In this document: positions 37,899-47,251 of the stretch, one piece after another
Position numbering within the stretch: position 1 is the stretch's first letter
Layout: each line of letters begins with the position of its first letter
Assembly: GCA_039181495.1 (NCBI GenBank)
Contig: JBCDCP010000001.1
Coordinates: 365-64,364 of the forward strand
DNA: 64,000 bases
Direction: 5' to 3'
DNA from: Pseudomonadota bacterium
GTDB taxonomy: Bacteria > Pseudomonadota > Alphaproteobacteria > Rhizobiales > Tepidamorphaceae
Position numbers and translations under genes: made by a program
The notes under the pieces: generated by a model
What the model was told of the DNA's origin: nothing
What the model saw: only the letters and a program-made list of their open reading frames with translations
Databases searched by the model: none

Positions 37899-39355
37899 CC
37901 CTGATCCTCGACCATGATCGGGCCGGTGGATACTGGGGCTCGGTCTACGTCTTCACCGCCATCAAGGGACTGCAGTGCATCATTGATGGACCGGTCGGGT
38001 GTGAAAACCTGCCCGTGACCTCTGTGCTGCACTACACCGATGCCCTGCCGCCGCATGAACTGCCAATTGTCGTGACCGGGCTTGCCGAAGAGGAGCTTGG
38101 CAAGGACGGCACTGAGGAGGCGATGAAGCGGGCGCATGGAACGCTCAACGCTGACGAACCGGCCGTTGTTGTCACTGGGTCGATCGCCGAGATGATCGGC
38201 GGCGGTGTGACGCCGGAGGGAACCAACATCCTACGCTTCCTGCCGCGGACTATCGATGAGGATCAGTGGCAGTCTGCCGATCGGGCGATGCAGTGGCTGT
38301 TCACGGAATTCGCAATGAAGGGCAACAAGTTGCCCAAGCCGCGCAAGAAGGCCGAAGGCGACAAGCCGCGCGTCAACATCATTGGGCCGGCCTACGGCAC
38401 CTTCAACATGCCGTCTGATCTGGCCGAGATCCGGCGGTTGATTGAAGGCGTCGGGTGCGAGATCAACATGGTCTTCCCGCTTGGCAGCCATCTCTCGGAT
38501 GTGCGCCGGCTGGTCGATGCTGACGTCAATGTTTGCCTGTATCGGGAGTTCGGACGCCTGTTGTGCGAAAAGCTCGAGAGGCCTTACCTGCAGGCCCCGA
38601 TCGGCCTTCATTCCACGACCAAGTTTCTGCAGAAGCTGGGCGAGTTGACCGGACTCGATCCGGAGCCGTTCATCGCGTCAGAGAAGCACACCACAATCAA
38701 GCCTATGTGGGATTTGTGGCGCTCGGTGACACAGGATTTCTTTGGTACGGCCAGTTTCGGCATCGTTGCCAACGAAACCTACACCCGCGGCGTCCGGCAT
38801 TTTCTCGAGGACGAACTCGGACTGCCCTGCAATTTCTCGATTTCGCGCTGCGCCGGCAAGAAGACCGACAACGCCGATGTGCGCGAATTGGTGCACAACA
38901 AGACACCATTGGTGCTGTTCGGCTCTTACAACGAGCGCATGTACCTGGCCGAATGCGGTGGCAAGGCGAGCTACATTCCGGCCTCGTTCCCCGGTGCCAT
39001 CATCCGTCGTTCAACCGGCACTCCGTTCATGGGCTATGCCGGCGCCACCTACCTGCTTCAGGAAGTCTGCAATGCGCTGTTCGACGCCTTGTTCCACATC
39101 CTGCCGCTGGCGCCGCAAATGGATGCGGTCGAGGCGACGCCGTCGCGGCTGCATGAAGAGCTGCCCTGGGACAGCGATGCAAAGCGCGCCTTCGATGAAA
39201 TCGTCGAACGCGAGCCGGTACTGGTGCGGATTTCGGCCGCGAAACGCCTGCGTGATGCAACCGAACGCGCAGCCAAGAAGAACGGTGAGCCAAGTGTGAG
39301 CCTGGCGCGGCTTGAAGCCACATCCGGTGTGGTTCGGGAGGCCGAACCCGCATGA
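37895..39355 (+). CDS. bchZ: Chlorophyllide a reductase subunit Z
   Basis: [30 protein letters not shown], an ATGA overlap with bchY, and NifK-like architecture. Confidence 0.93.
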   Translation: MTLILDHDRAGGYWGSVYVFTAIKGLQCIIDGPVGCENLPVTSVLHYTDALPPHELPIVVTGLAEEELGKDGTEEAMKRAHGTLNADEPAVVVTGSIAEMIGGGVTPEGTNILRFLPRTIDEDQWQSADRAMQWLFTEFAMKGNKLPKPRKKAEGDKPRVNIIGPAYGTFNMPSDLAEIRRLIEGVGCEINMVFPLGSHLSDVRRLVDADVNVCLYREFGRLLCEKLERPYLQAPIGLHSTTKFLQKLGELTGLDPEPFIASEKHTTIKPMWDLWRSVTQDFFGTASFGIVANETYTRGVRHFLEDELGLPCNFSISRCAGKKTDNADVRELVHNKTPLVLFGSYNERMYLAECGGKASYIPASFPGAIIRRSTGTPFMGYAGATYLLQEVCNALFDALFHILPLAPQMDAVEATPSRLHEELPWDSDAKRAFDEIVEREPVLVRISAAKRLRDATERAAKKNGEPSVSLARLEATSGVVREAEPA

Positions 39356-39452
39356 CGCTGATCGAAAACGCCATCACCGGGCAACCCCCCGGTTCAAGAG
39401 TTTCCAACCGTGGACCGGCCTTTGCCGCGCCCACCAACAGAAGAGGTGTCCC

Positions 39453-39758
39453 ATGTCCAGCACTATGACAGGGCCCATTGAAGCGCCGCTGCAAGATGTG
39501 GGCGTCGAGGCCAAGGTGGCTGCCAAGGCACCGGACCGGACGTCACGCGTGCACGCCAGCATCCGTCGCGGCGAACGGCGCGAATATCGCTTTGTCTGGG
39601 CGATCGCGTTTCTGTTCTTCCTCGGCGTCGTGATCCTGGCGCGGTTCTTCCCGCGGTCCTGGCGCCCTGACCCGATTGGAACAGGTCAGTACAGAACGGT
39701 TTTCGGTGAGGCGAAGGCCATCACCAACATGACTATTCCCTACGCCTTCATGGGCTGA
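39453..39758 (+). CDS. pufQ: PufQ-like small membrane protein (101 aa)
   Basis: It occupies the position between bchZ and pufB. A basic stretch (RRGERREYR) is followed by one TM segment (FVWAIAFLFFLGVVILARFF) and a short tail, as in PufQ. An AAGAGG SD lies 6 nt before ATG 39453. The ORF-track extension to 39312 overlaps bchZ. Confidence 0.5.
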   Translation: MSSTMTGPIEAPLQDVGVEAKVAAKAPDRTSRVHASIRRGERREYRFVWAIAFLFFLGVVILARFFPRSWRPDPIGTGQYRTVFGEAKAITNMTIPYAFMG

Positions 39759-39770
39759 GGGAACCGTGAT

Positions 39771-39838
39771 CCCCAGGGGCGTGACACTTGCGCCTCTTGG
39801 GGATGCCCGCCACGGGGCGAAACTACCGTGGCATCCCC
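39771..39838 (+). promoter_or_regulatory. Two GC-rich, mutually exclusive hairpins in the pufQ-pufB intercistronic region
   Basis: Hairpin 1: CCCCAGGGGCG (39771-39781) pairs with CGCCTCT-T-GGGG (39791-39802). Hairpin 2: GGGGATGCC..ACGG (39799-39815) pairs with CCGTGGCATCCCC (39826-38). Both use the GGGG at 39799-39802. Confidence 0.45.
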
Positions 39839-39897
39839 GCCGCACGGGATGGCTGCGGTAACTCGGCTTGTTGGCCAAATCAGTCGGAGGATTTTAT

Positions 39898-40119
39898 ATG
39901 GCTGATAATAACCCTTCCTGGACCGGTCTGACGGACCAGGAGGCCGAGGAATTCCATCGGTACTACATCCAGGGAATGATGTTGTTCGTCGCGATTGCGG
40001 TCGTGGCGCACTTCCTGGTCTGGATGTGGCGTCCGTGGATTCCAGCAGAAGGGGGCTATGCGCAGGTCATTGACGGCGCATCCTCGCTGGCAAGTTCCGT
40101 CTTGCCGATGATCGTCTGA
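39898..40119 (+). CDS. pufB: Light-harvesting 1 (B870/B875-type) beta polypeptide with a long C-terminal extension
   Basis: [47 protein letters not shown]..., with the BChl-ligand His in AVVAHFL and Trp at His+9. A GGAGG SD lies 7 nt upstream of ATG 39898. The ORF-track start at 39868 is probably too early. Confidence 0.9.
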   Translation: MADNNPSWTGLTDQEAEEFHRYYIQGMMLFVAIAVVAHFLVWMWRPWIPAEGGYAQVIDGASSLASSVLPMIV

Positions 40120-40132
40120 GGAGACAGGAACC

Positions 40133-40264
40133 ATGCATCGTATCTGGAAAGTCTTCGACCCCAGACGCGTCCTGGTCGCCCAGGGTGTGTTCCTGTTCTC
40201 GCTTGCTGTGATGATCCACTTCGTCCTGCTTTCGACGGAGCGGTTCAACTGGTTCACGGGCTAG
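40133..40264 (+). CDS. pufA: Light-harvesting 1 alpha polypeptide (43 aa; absent from the ORF track)
   Basis: Manual translation gives [43 protein letters not shown]. It has the LH1-alpha signature [16 protein letters not shown], the ligand His in MIHFVLL and Trp at His+11. A GAGGAG SD (40118-40123) lies 9 nt upstream of the ATG, which is 13 nt after the pufB stop. Confidence 0.88.
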   Translation: MHRIWKVFDPRRVLVAQGVFLFSLAVMIHFVLLSTERFNWFTG

Positions 40265-40531
40265 CCTTTAGAAAAGGCTGTCCCCGCGAGCTACGGCTAT
40301 CAGACGAGTGTGGGGCGTCCGGAGTGGTGTTGCGAATGCGCATTGCCCCGCTGCCCTGCAAGACATCAAAGGTGAAGGACGGCGCTTCGGTACGCCGGAG
40401 ACCGCCCCTCACCTAAAACAATGCCGGCTCCCGGAGGACTCCGGGTGAGGGAGCCGTCCTGGCGCCGGACATCGAGATCAGTTTCCGGAGCCTGTCAGGC
40501 TGAGCCCCTCCTTGCCTGATAACGTTCCGGA

Positions 40532-40565
40532 GGGGGAAGCTTCGGCTTCCCCCTTTTTATTTTTC
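40532..40565 (+). terminator. Rho-independent terminator closing the pufQBA transcript
   Basis: GGGGGAAGC-TTCG-GCTTCCCCC (perfect 9-bp GC-rich stem with a tetraloop), followed by TTTTTATTTTT. Confidence 0.8.
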
Positions 40566-40599
40566 TGCTGGGTGATGATTGAGCCGGAGGTGGGGCGCG

Positions 40600-41196
40600 T
40601 CAGAAATCCAGTTCCGGAAAGCGCTCCGCATAGATCCGAAACCACGGCGTGAAGTCTGCGGGCTTTTCTTTGATCTCCGCGCGCAGATCCATTGGTGCAA
40701 TCCAGCGCACAGCCGCGACCTCCTCGGGGTTGAGCCCAAAGGACAAAGTGTCCTTGTTCACTACGCCGCGGAACATGTGAACCCGTTCATGCTCCCACAG
40801 TCCGTTGCCAACATCGGCGGCGTACTCAATTACCCGTTGTTCGGTGATGTCGGCGGTGACACCGATTTCTTCCGCCATGCGCCGATGCGCCGATGCTTTC
40901 GGTTCCTCGCCCCAATGTGGATGGGTGCAACAGGTGTTCGCCCACATGCCGCCGCAATGGTATTTGTCGTGGGCGCGCTGCTGGATCAGCAACTCGCCTT
41001 GCTCGGAGAACAGAAACACCGATATTGCCAGATGCAGTGTCGGCTTCTCATGGGCCGCCATCTTCTCAATCTTGTAGAATGATCCGTCGGCTGCGATGCC
41101 CGGAATCATGATCGGTTCAACCGCCGATACCGAAGACGCTGACGTCTCGGTCTCTTCAGTTGAATCGGCTTCGGGTTGATCAAACGGGCTATCCAT
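40600..41196 (-). CDS. idi: Isopentenyl-diphosphate delta-isomerase, type 1 (Nudix fold)
   Basis: HLAISVFLFSEQGELLIQQRAHDKYHCGGMWANTCCTHPHWGEE...RRMAEEIG. The ATG at 41196 (MDSPFDQ) overlaps the bchJ stop by 8 nt. The longer ORF-track start would overlap bchJ by 83 nt. Confidence 0.85.
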   Translation of the reverse strand: MDSPFDQPEADSTEETETSASSVSAVEPIMIPGIAADGSFYKIEKMAAHEKPTLHLAISVFLFSEQGELLIQQRAHDKYHCGGMWANTCCTHPHWGEEPKASAHRRMAEEIGVTADITEQRVIEYAADVGNGLWEHERVHMFRGVVNKDTLSFGLNPEEVAAVRWIAPMDLRAEIKEKPADFTPWFRIYAERFPELDF

Positions 41197-41899
41197 GAGG
41201 CTTGTCTTCTGCTGCTGGCGCCAGCTGCCCTGAACGCCATCGTATCTCGAACTCACACGCCGGCGCGCCATGTCCCTGGCAGGCAGTTTCTTTCACCACT
41301 GTAGTGCGCTGAACGAGAACGCGAAACAGGTATTCGAATGTTGCCGCGACATAGCTGCAGGTCGGCCTGGCCTCGGCGGACCGCGCATTCTGAGTCTCGA
41401 CCCCCACAGCGGCTCTCCCATGGTTGCATGAACCGCGGCAATAGGGGCAGTCGGCAATTCTGAAGGTCATACCCGCTCGTTCGCCTTGCCACGAAAAGCT
41501 GCCGCTGCCTGCAAACGTCCAGGCGTGATGTCCGATCGATGACATCAGTATCCGCGCTGCCAGCGGGGCCGGCAGTATCTTCATGAGCCACTGGGCGGGG
41601 CGTGGGATCCGATGGTTTAGCAGATAACGTGCGGTGCGTTGGCCGGCATCACAGTTGACCATGTCGGCGCGTTCATTCCCGAGGAGCCGCCAAAGAGCAT
41701 CTTGCAGCGCCACGACGTCATCTTCAGGCACCATGTCCTGGGGAGGTGATTCAAGGTGGTGCTCGAGCTTCGCGGCCCCGAAAACGGTTCTGACCAAGTC
41801 GATGCCGGTTTCATCCGTTTGGGTTGAAGCCACGGTTTCGACGTTCAGCGCCTCGGCAACACGCAGAATTGCATTGGGGCCGATCCGCGCGATTGCCAT
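41189..41899 (-). CDS. bchJ: Bacteriochlorophyll 4-vinyl reductase-like protein (V4R domain)
   Basis: ARIGPNAILRVAEAL, the MVPEDDVVAL..LW, TARYLLNHRIP and HAWTFAGSGSF strings as remembered for BchJ, and a TAATG junction with bchE. Confidence 0.8.
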   Translation of the reverse strand: MAIARIGPNAILRVAEALNVETVASTQTDETGIDLVRTVFGAAKLEHHLESPPQDMVPEDDVVALQDALWRLLGNERADMVNCDAGQRTARYLLNHRIPRPAQWLMKILPAPLAARILMSSIGHHAWTFAGSGSFSWQGERAGMTFRIADCPYCRGSCNHGRAAVGVETQNARSAEARPTCSYVAATFEYLFRVLVQRTTVVKETACQGHGAPACEFEIRWRSGQLAPAAEDKPHG

Positions 41900-43608
41900 T
41901 ACGCGTGTTGGCGGCCAGCCGGTCCGATCAGCTGAATCCGGCCGGTTTTCTCGACGACGGCCATCTCCTCATCGCTCAACTGTTCGGTGCCGCCACCGCA
42001 CGCCTTGGCTGCTTCGGCTCGTTTGGCCTGTTTGGCGGACTTGATCTGATCCGTGAGCGCGGCCTTGCGCTCGGCGGCCTTGCGCGACTTGTCATGCATT
42101 GCTTCCCAGTCGGCCATCTGAGCCGGCGCGATCTCGCGGCTATCGTCAAAGTGGAAGTCGACGCTCTTCTTTGATTGTGGACCCCAATAACCAACCTTGC
42201 CCAGGTCGTAGAAGGTGCGCTGGAAACCGGCCTTCATGAAAGCCTTGAGGCAACCGAGCAGGTATTTCCGTCGATAGCCGCGACCGCGCCATGGATAATG
42301 GAACAGTGCCTTGATCATGTAGAAGCGCCGGTAGTTGTGCATCACCCGATCGAGCAGGGTGGCCCGGTCCATCGCAGCGGGCTTCATGATCGGCGTAACG
42401 AAGTTGTATTTTTCGAAGTCGAACACTTCGACCTGATCGCGAATCTCCTGATAGAGCGGCGTGAACGGCCACGGGGTGTACATGGTCCAGTTTGCGAGGT
42501 CGGGGTTCCAGTCGCGGGCGAAGCGATAGGTCTCTTCCAGCGTCTCTTCGGTTTCGTTGTCGAGCCCGACGATGAACTGCGCTTCGGTGAAGATGTCGGC
42601 CTCGCGCAACAGCCGGATCGCCTTTTTGTTTTCTTCGACCCTGGTCTCCTTGTTGAACAGGTCGAGCTTCATTTGCGCAGCCGCTTCGGTGCCGAGTGAG
42701 ATGTGCACAAGACCAGCCTTCCGCCACAGCGGCAGGAGATCCTTATCGCGCTGGATGTCGGTGACGCGGGTGTTGATACCCCACTGGACGCGCCGCGGCA
42801 GATCGCGCGCAATCAACTCCTCGCAGAACTCAATGAACTTCTTGCGGTTGATGGTCGGCTCCTCGTCGGCAAGGATGAAGAAGCCTACACCATGGTTCTC
42901 GACCAGATCCTCAATCTCGTCGACGACCTTCTTGGGATCGCGAATGCGGTAATCCCGCCAGAATTTCCACTGGCTGCAGAACGAGCAAGTGAACGGGCAG
43001 CCGCGCGCCATGTTCGGGATTGCAAGCCGCGTGTTGAGTGGAATGTAGATGTAACGTTCCCAGTCAAGGATCGACCAGTCGGGCTTGATCTTCTCGAGAT
43101 CCTTGATCGTCGGTGCGGCTTCATTGGCGATGATCTCGCTGCCGTTGCGATAGGCGATGCCCTTGATTTTGTCGCGATCCTGTTGCCAGCGGCCTTCGGC
43201 GACCGCGTTGCACAGCGCGACAAAGATCTCTTCACCCTCACCGCGCACGATGCAATCGACCTGCGGCGCTTCCGACAGGACTTGCTTATACATGAAAGTG
43301 GCATGTACGCCGCCGAGCACGCGAAGCGCTGATGGGTGTGCTTCCTGCGCCAGCTGCAAAACGCGTTCGGCCTTGTAGATCGACGGTGTGATCGAGGTGA
43401 CGCCAACAAGGTCGGGCTTCAGTTCGGCGATCCGCGCCCGAAGATCGTCATCCTCGACATTCTCTGTCATCGCGTCGATGAAATGCACGTCCGCGTATCC
43501 GGCCGACTTGGCAGCACCGGTCAGATAGGCGACCCAAGCCGGGGGCCAGTTCCCCGCGATCTCGGCGCCGCCGGAATGGTAGTTGGGGTGTACCAAGAGG
43601 ATGCGCAT
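41899..43608 (-). CDS. bchE: Anaerobic Mg-protoporphyrin IX monomethyl ester oxidative cyclase (B12-binding radical SAM)
   Basis: [38 protein letters not shown] (B12-binding domain) and the radical-SAM motif [11 protein letters not shown]. Confidence 0.93.
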   Translation of the reverse strand: MRILLVHPNYHSGGAEIAGNWPPAWVAYLTGAAKSAGYADVHFIDAMTENVEDDDLRARIAELKPDLVGVTSITPSIYKAERVLQLAQEAHPSALRVLGGVHATFMYKQVLSEAPQVDCIVRGEGEEIFVALCNAVAEGRWQQDRDKIKGIAYRNGSEIIANEAAPTIKDLEKIKPDWSILDWERYIYIPLNTRLAIPNMARGCPFTCSFCSQWKFWRDYRIRDPKKVVDEIEDLVENHGVGFFILADEEPTINRKKFIEFCEELIARDLPRRVQWGINTRVTDIQRDKDLLPLWRKAGLVHISLGTEAAAQMKLDLFNKETRVEENKKAIRLLREADIFTEAQFIVGLDNETEETLEETYRFARDWNPDLANWTMYTPWPFTPLYQEIRDQVEVFDFEKYNFVTPIMKPAAMDRATLLDRVMHNYRRFYMIKALFHYPWRGRGYRRKYLLGCLKAFMKAGFQRTFYDLGKVGYWGPQSKKSVDFHFDDSREIAPAQMADWEAMHDKSRKAAERKAALTDQIKSAKQAKRAEAAKACGGGTEQLSDEEMAVVEKTGRIQLIGPAGRQHA

Positions 43609-43631
43609 AGCGGGGTCCTGACGCTAAGGAG

Positions 43632-43649
43632 TGTCAAGGAAAGATTACA
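43632..43649. promoter_or_regulatory. Weakly symmetric TGT-N12-ACA element (TGTCAAGGAAAGATTACA) in the divergent bchE/orf125 intergenic region
   Basis: It matches TGT-N12-ACA, but only the outer triplets are symmetric. It lies 24 nt upstream of the bchE ATG. Confidence 0.35.
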
Positions 43650-43732
43650 CCAATGCCCGTTCTGATTGATTGACCTAGATCACCACGGCCGGTGGTAGCG
43701 ATCTTTCCAATTGGCAGGACCGTATCGCGTGC

Positions 43733-44110
43733 ATGGAAGATCTGCTCAGGGCGGCCTATGCAGCGAATATTCTCATTCTGTTGCCGGTCGTGGTGTCGCT
43801 GTTTCGTGTGCGTTCGATTGAACCGCTGCCGGCATTCGGTCACTGCGGGTCCGCAGATGCGCCGGTCGCCTTTGTGCTGGCGAGCCTCTGGGGTGGAATC
43901 TTAATGTGTTCCGCACTTGGCCTGTTCGCGCCGGTGGCCCTTATCCCGCTACTGATCTTTCAAGTGGTCTACAAGGCTATCTACCTCGCCAGCTTTGTCG
44001 CTCTGGCAGTGCTGCGCGGCAAGCATGACACCGTGCCCATAGGAATGGTCGCCGTCTTCTCGGTCATTGTCACGGTATGGCCACCGCTGATCTGGTTTTC
44101 GTGGGTCTAG
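43733..44110 (+). CDS. Hypothetical 4-TM membrane protein (orf125) embedded in the PGC
   Basis: Plausible codon usage and four hydrophobic segments (ANILILLPVVVSLF, VAFVLASLWGGILMCSALGLF, LIPLLIFQVVYKAIYLASFVALAVL, MVAVFSVIVTVWPPLIWF). I recognise no family. Confidence 0.5.
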   Translation: MEDLLRAAYAANILILLPVVVSLFRVRSIEPLPAFGHCGSADAPVAFVLASLWGGILMCSALGLFAPVALIPLLIFQVVYKAIYLASFVALAVLRGKHDTVPIGMVAVFSVIVTVWPPLIWFSWV

Positions 44111-44155
44111 ACATGATCGATGTCAGAGGGTTGGTCGGACCAGCCTCGTTTCCGT

Positions 44156-44923
44156 TCAGCCAAACTGCAGTTCGGCTGGAAGTGGGTCGCGTCCGCCCCA
44201 TTGGCCTTCAAAGCCCAGAACGCGGAAGCGAGCGTAGAGTTCCTCGCGGAACCAGCCATTGCGGCGTACTTCCTTGATCGCAGCTGAGTGAAACTGGCTG
44301 CGATAGGCAAAATTCTTCATTGCCTGGACGTCGTCCCAGATGGAAAACGTGACCTGCTGAAGCCATGGCACCTCACCAATACCGATCTTGAACAGCATAT
44401 GGGTTTCCTCACGCACCGTGGTCGAGATGTCCGGTGCCCAGCGCCAGAAACTGATGGCATGCTGCGGCTTCACTGTTGCCCGGGTCAGCACCGCCATGGG
44501 GAGGGGCGGGTCGTCGTCGGGCACGATGTCGAACGGCGCATCAGAATCCCAGACCCCTCGGCTCGAGATGGCCTGAATGTAGACCGTCCAGTGCTCAATG
44601 GCGTGATCGCGATAGCGGTCATAAACCGCGCTGTTGCTGATGGCCTGGCGCGCTTGCATAAGGTCGTCCCAGGTGCCCATCAGCGCGTAAACGCCGAAAT
44701 TAGGTATTGGCGTGAAGCCCTCACCAGTGCCTGAGCCGAACATCTTGGCAAAGCCGATGCCGGGCGTCTGGTTGAACGCGGCCCGGGAGAACTGCATCTG
44801 GCTGAACGCCCAAAGCTTGTCGGCGGTGCCACCAAACCGGAAGAACGACAGTGCGATGGCTTGACCTGATGCTATCTCAGGCCTGCCTTGGGCTGTATCT
44901 TCATTGACCGGCGCAAGCATCAT
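44156..44923 (-). CDS. crtA: Spheroidene monooxygenase
   Basis: LSFFRFGGTADKLWAFSQMQF...GIGFAKMFGSGTGEGFTPIPNFGVYALMGTW...LFKIGIGEVPWLQQVTFSIWDD...NGWFREELYARFRV matches my recollection of CrtA. The ATG at 44923 avoids an overlap with hemA. Confidence 0.8.
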   Translation of the reverse strand: MMLAPVNEDTAQGRPEIASGQAIALSFFRFGGTADKLWAFSQMQFSRAAFNQTPGIGFAKMFGSGTGEGFTPIPNFGVYALMGTWDDLMQARQAISNSAVYDRYRDHAIEHWTVYIQAISSRGVWDSDAPFDIVPDDDPPLPMAVLTRATVKPQHAISFWRWAPDISTTVREETHMLFKIGIGEVPWLQQVTFSIWDDVQAMKNFAYRSQFHSAAIKEVRRNGWFREELYARFRVLGFEGQWGGRDPLPAELQFG

Positions 44924-44969
44924 GCTTCTCCGGAATAGAGCACTTGGTTGGCGCGAAAACCGAACGCGA

Positions 44970-46184
44970 TCAGGCGACAGCGCGGGCCAATGCGCATTGC
45001 GACCAGAGTTCGCCGATGGCATCGACCAAGTGTTCGATATCGGCTTCGGTGTGCAACGGTGATGGTGTCAGTCGCAGCCGCTCGGTGCCGCGTGGCACCG
45101 TCGGGTAGTTGATTGGCTGCACATAGATGTTGTGATGGTCGAGCAGGTGATCAGAGATCCACTTGCACTTGACCGGATCGCCAACCATGACCGGAACGAT
45201 GTGGCTCGGATTTGGCATGTGCGGAATGCCGTTTGCATCAAGCCGTGCCCGCAGCTTGGCGACAATCGCCTGATGCGCGCGACGTTCCTCCTGGCTCTCC
45301 TTTAGGTGCCGGATTGAAGCCGCAGCACCTGCGGCCAATGCCGGCGGCAGAGCCGTGGTGAAAATGAACCCCGACGCGAAGCTGCGCACGAAGTCGCACA
45401 TGGCCGCCGAGCCGGTGATGTAGCCACCCATGACCCCGAAGGCCTTGCCCAGCGTGCCTTCGATGAGGCTGACGCGATCCATGAGACCTTCGCGCTCGGC
45501 AATGCCGCCTCCACGCGGGCCATACAGACCGACGGCGTGGACTTCGTCGAGATAGGTGAAGGCGCCATACTTCTCGGCGACATCAAGAATGTCTGCCATG
45601 GGCGAGATATCACCGTCCATGGAGTAGACCGATTCGAACGCCACGACCTTGGGACGACCGGGCTCAATGCCACGCAACTTGGCTTCAAGGTCTGCGACAT
45701 CATTGTGCCGGAACAGCTGCTTCTCGGCGCGGCTGTGGCGGATGCCTTCGATCATCGAGGCGTGGTTTCCGGCGTCTGACAGAATCACGCAGCCCGGGAG
45801 CTTGGCTCCGAGCGTCGAGAGGCTGGCCCAGTTCGAGACATAGCCGGAAGTAAACAGCAGAGCTGATTCCTTGCCGTGAAGGTCGGCCAGCTCACGCTCC
45901 AAAAGTACGTGATAGTGGTTGGTGCCGGAGATATTGCGGGTGCCGCCTGCGCCTGCACCGCAACGTTCGATCGCTTCCTGCATGGCGGCCGTCACCTTGG
46001 AGTGCTGGCCCATGCCGAGATAGTCGTTGGAACACCAGACGGTGACATCGTGGGTGCCGTCACCGGAGTGTCGCGTCGCGCGCGGGAAATCGCCGCGGTG
46101 CCGCTCAAGATCAGCGAACACGCGATAGCGACCTTCTTCGTGAAGGCCGTCCAGCTCGGTCTTAAAGAAGCTCTCGTAATTCAT
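44970..46184 (-). CDS. hemA: 5-aminolevulinate synthase
   Basis: [41 protein letters not shown] and the PLP-lysine region TLGKAFG. Confidence 0.93.
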   Translation of the reverse strand: MNYESFFKTELDGLHEEGRYRVFADLERHRGDFPRATRHSGDGTHDVTVWCSNDYLGMGQHSKVTAAMQEAIERCGAGAGGTRNISGTNHYHVLLERELADLHGKESALLFTSGYVSNWASLSTLGAKLPGCVILSDAGNHASMIEGIRHSRAEKQLFRHNDVADLEAKLRGIEPGRPKVVAFESVYSMDGDISPMADILDVAEKYGAFTYLDEVHAVGLYGPRGGGIAEREGLMDRVSLIEGTLGKAFGVMGGYITGSAAMCDFVRSFASGFIFTTALPPALAAGAAASIRHLKESQEERRAHQAIVAKLRARLDANGIPHMPNPSHIVPVMVGDPVKCKWISDHLLDHHNIYVQPINYPTVPRGTERLRLTPSPLHTEADIEHLVDAIGELWSQCALARAVA

Positions 46185-46281
46185 CGTCTTCTCCCCAGTT
46201 CCCCATTCCCTGTCTTCGTGTTTCCCGGGAAAGGGCGGATATCTTGTCGTCCCTCGCCGACTGTCGCCTTTGGCACCTTCT

Positions 46282-47220
46282 TTATTGCCATTCTAATTTT
46301 AGAGCATTCGGTCTGCGATTGTCCCTTGTGGCTACTGCGGACGGGTGTGACACGGAGTCGCCCCGCAGTTGTGTTCGATCGAATCCTGCGGTCACTGGCG
46401 CAGCAGCATGGCTGGTGCCCGATGGTGCCAGCACATAGTCCGCGCCGCGTGCAATTTCGCTTTCATCGCGCGCCCGCAATGCCCAGCGCCACAGCGCTGC
46501 ATCGGGAATCGGCAGCACAAAAAACCAGTGCTCCACGATGGCCAGTGCGAGGAATGTGGCGACCAGCGTGATCCCCGCCTGCACGAAAGGATCGCCGCTG
46601 GCGAGACCAAGATGAATGAGCCAGCCAAGCGCGATGCTCGCCAGCGTGACGACGACCGGAAACAGCGCGTTGATGCGGTCGCGCCGGAAGTAGCTCTTCA
46701 GATAGGCGAGATGCTCGGGCAGGAACTCTTCGGCCAGATTGGGGGCACCGAGAAACACATTTAGCTTTGCCGAAATGCGCATGGCCCAGAGGACGGTGAA
46801 CGTCCACAGTGCGATCTGATTGTCACCCGCCCAGCTCAGCCAAACCAGCATCAGCAGCGTTGTCAGGATCGCCAGCTCGTGATGCAGGATGGTCTCGAAA
46901 GCGGCGCGGAAGCGCGGATTTCCGCTTAGATCGGGAGGGCAGGGTGTGCGCCGGGGGCCGGTCACGTAGCCGAACAGAAAGCTCATCTCGTGCCAGGCCC
47001 AGATGAGCAGACCGCAGCTGAAGCCAGCAAAAGCACCGGCGACCGTGGTGTTGTCGCGAATGGCATCGACACCAAACAGCGCCAGTACAGCGACAATGCT
47101 GGCCAATGCCATGACCACTTCTCGGGCGAAGGGGGACAAGCGCAGCAACAGCAGGATCGCCCCGGTGGAAAACCACCAGGCAAAGATGGCAAAGCCGATC
47201 GCGATCACTGCTGTCTGCAT
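46282..47220 (-). CDS. puhE: Photosynthetic complex assembly protein PuhE
   Basis: A polytopic protein with [29 protein letters not shown] and [18 protein letters not shown]. It lies between acsF and hemA, as in other PGCs. Confidence 0.85.
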   Translation of the reverse strand: MQTAVIAIGFAIFAWWFSTGAILLLLRLSPFAREVVMALASIVAVLALFGVDAIRDNTTVAGAFAGFSCGLLIWAWHEMSFLFGYVTGPRRTPCPPDLSGNPRFRAAFETILHHELAILTTLLMLVWLSWAGDNQIALWTFTVLWAMRISAKLNVFLGAPNLAEEFLPEHLAYLKSYFRRDRINALFPVVVTLASIALGWLIHLGLASGDPFVQAGITLVATFLALAIVEHWFFVLPIPDAALWRWALRARDESEIARGADYVLAPSGTSHAAAPVTAGFDRTQLRGDSVSHPSAVATRDNRRPNALKLEWQ

Positions 47221-47251
47221 AGCCTGTTCTTGATCCCTCTTTCGATTATCC

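Noticed and set aside
39312-39452. N-terminal 47 codons of the ORF-track model for the pufQ-like gene
   Set aside because: They overlap the bchZ 3' end and are His/Arg/Pro-rich. A good SD precedes the internal ATG at 39453.
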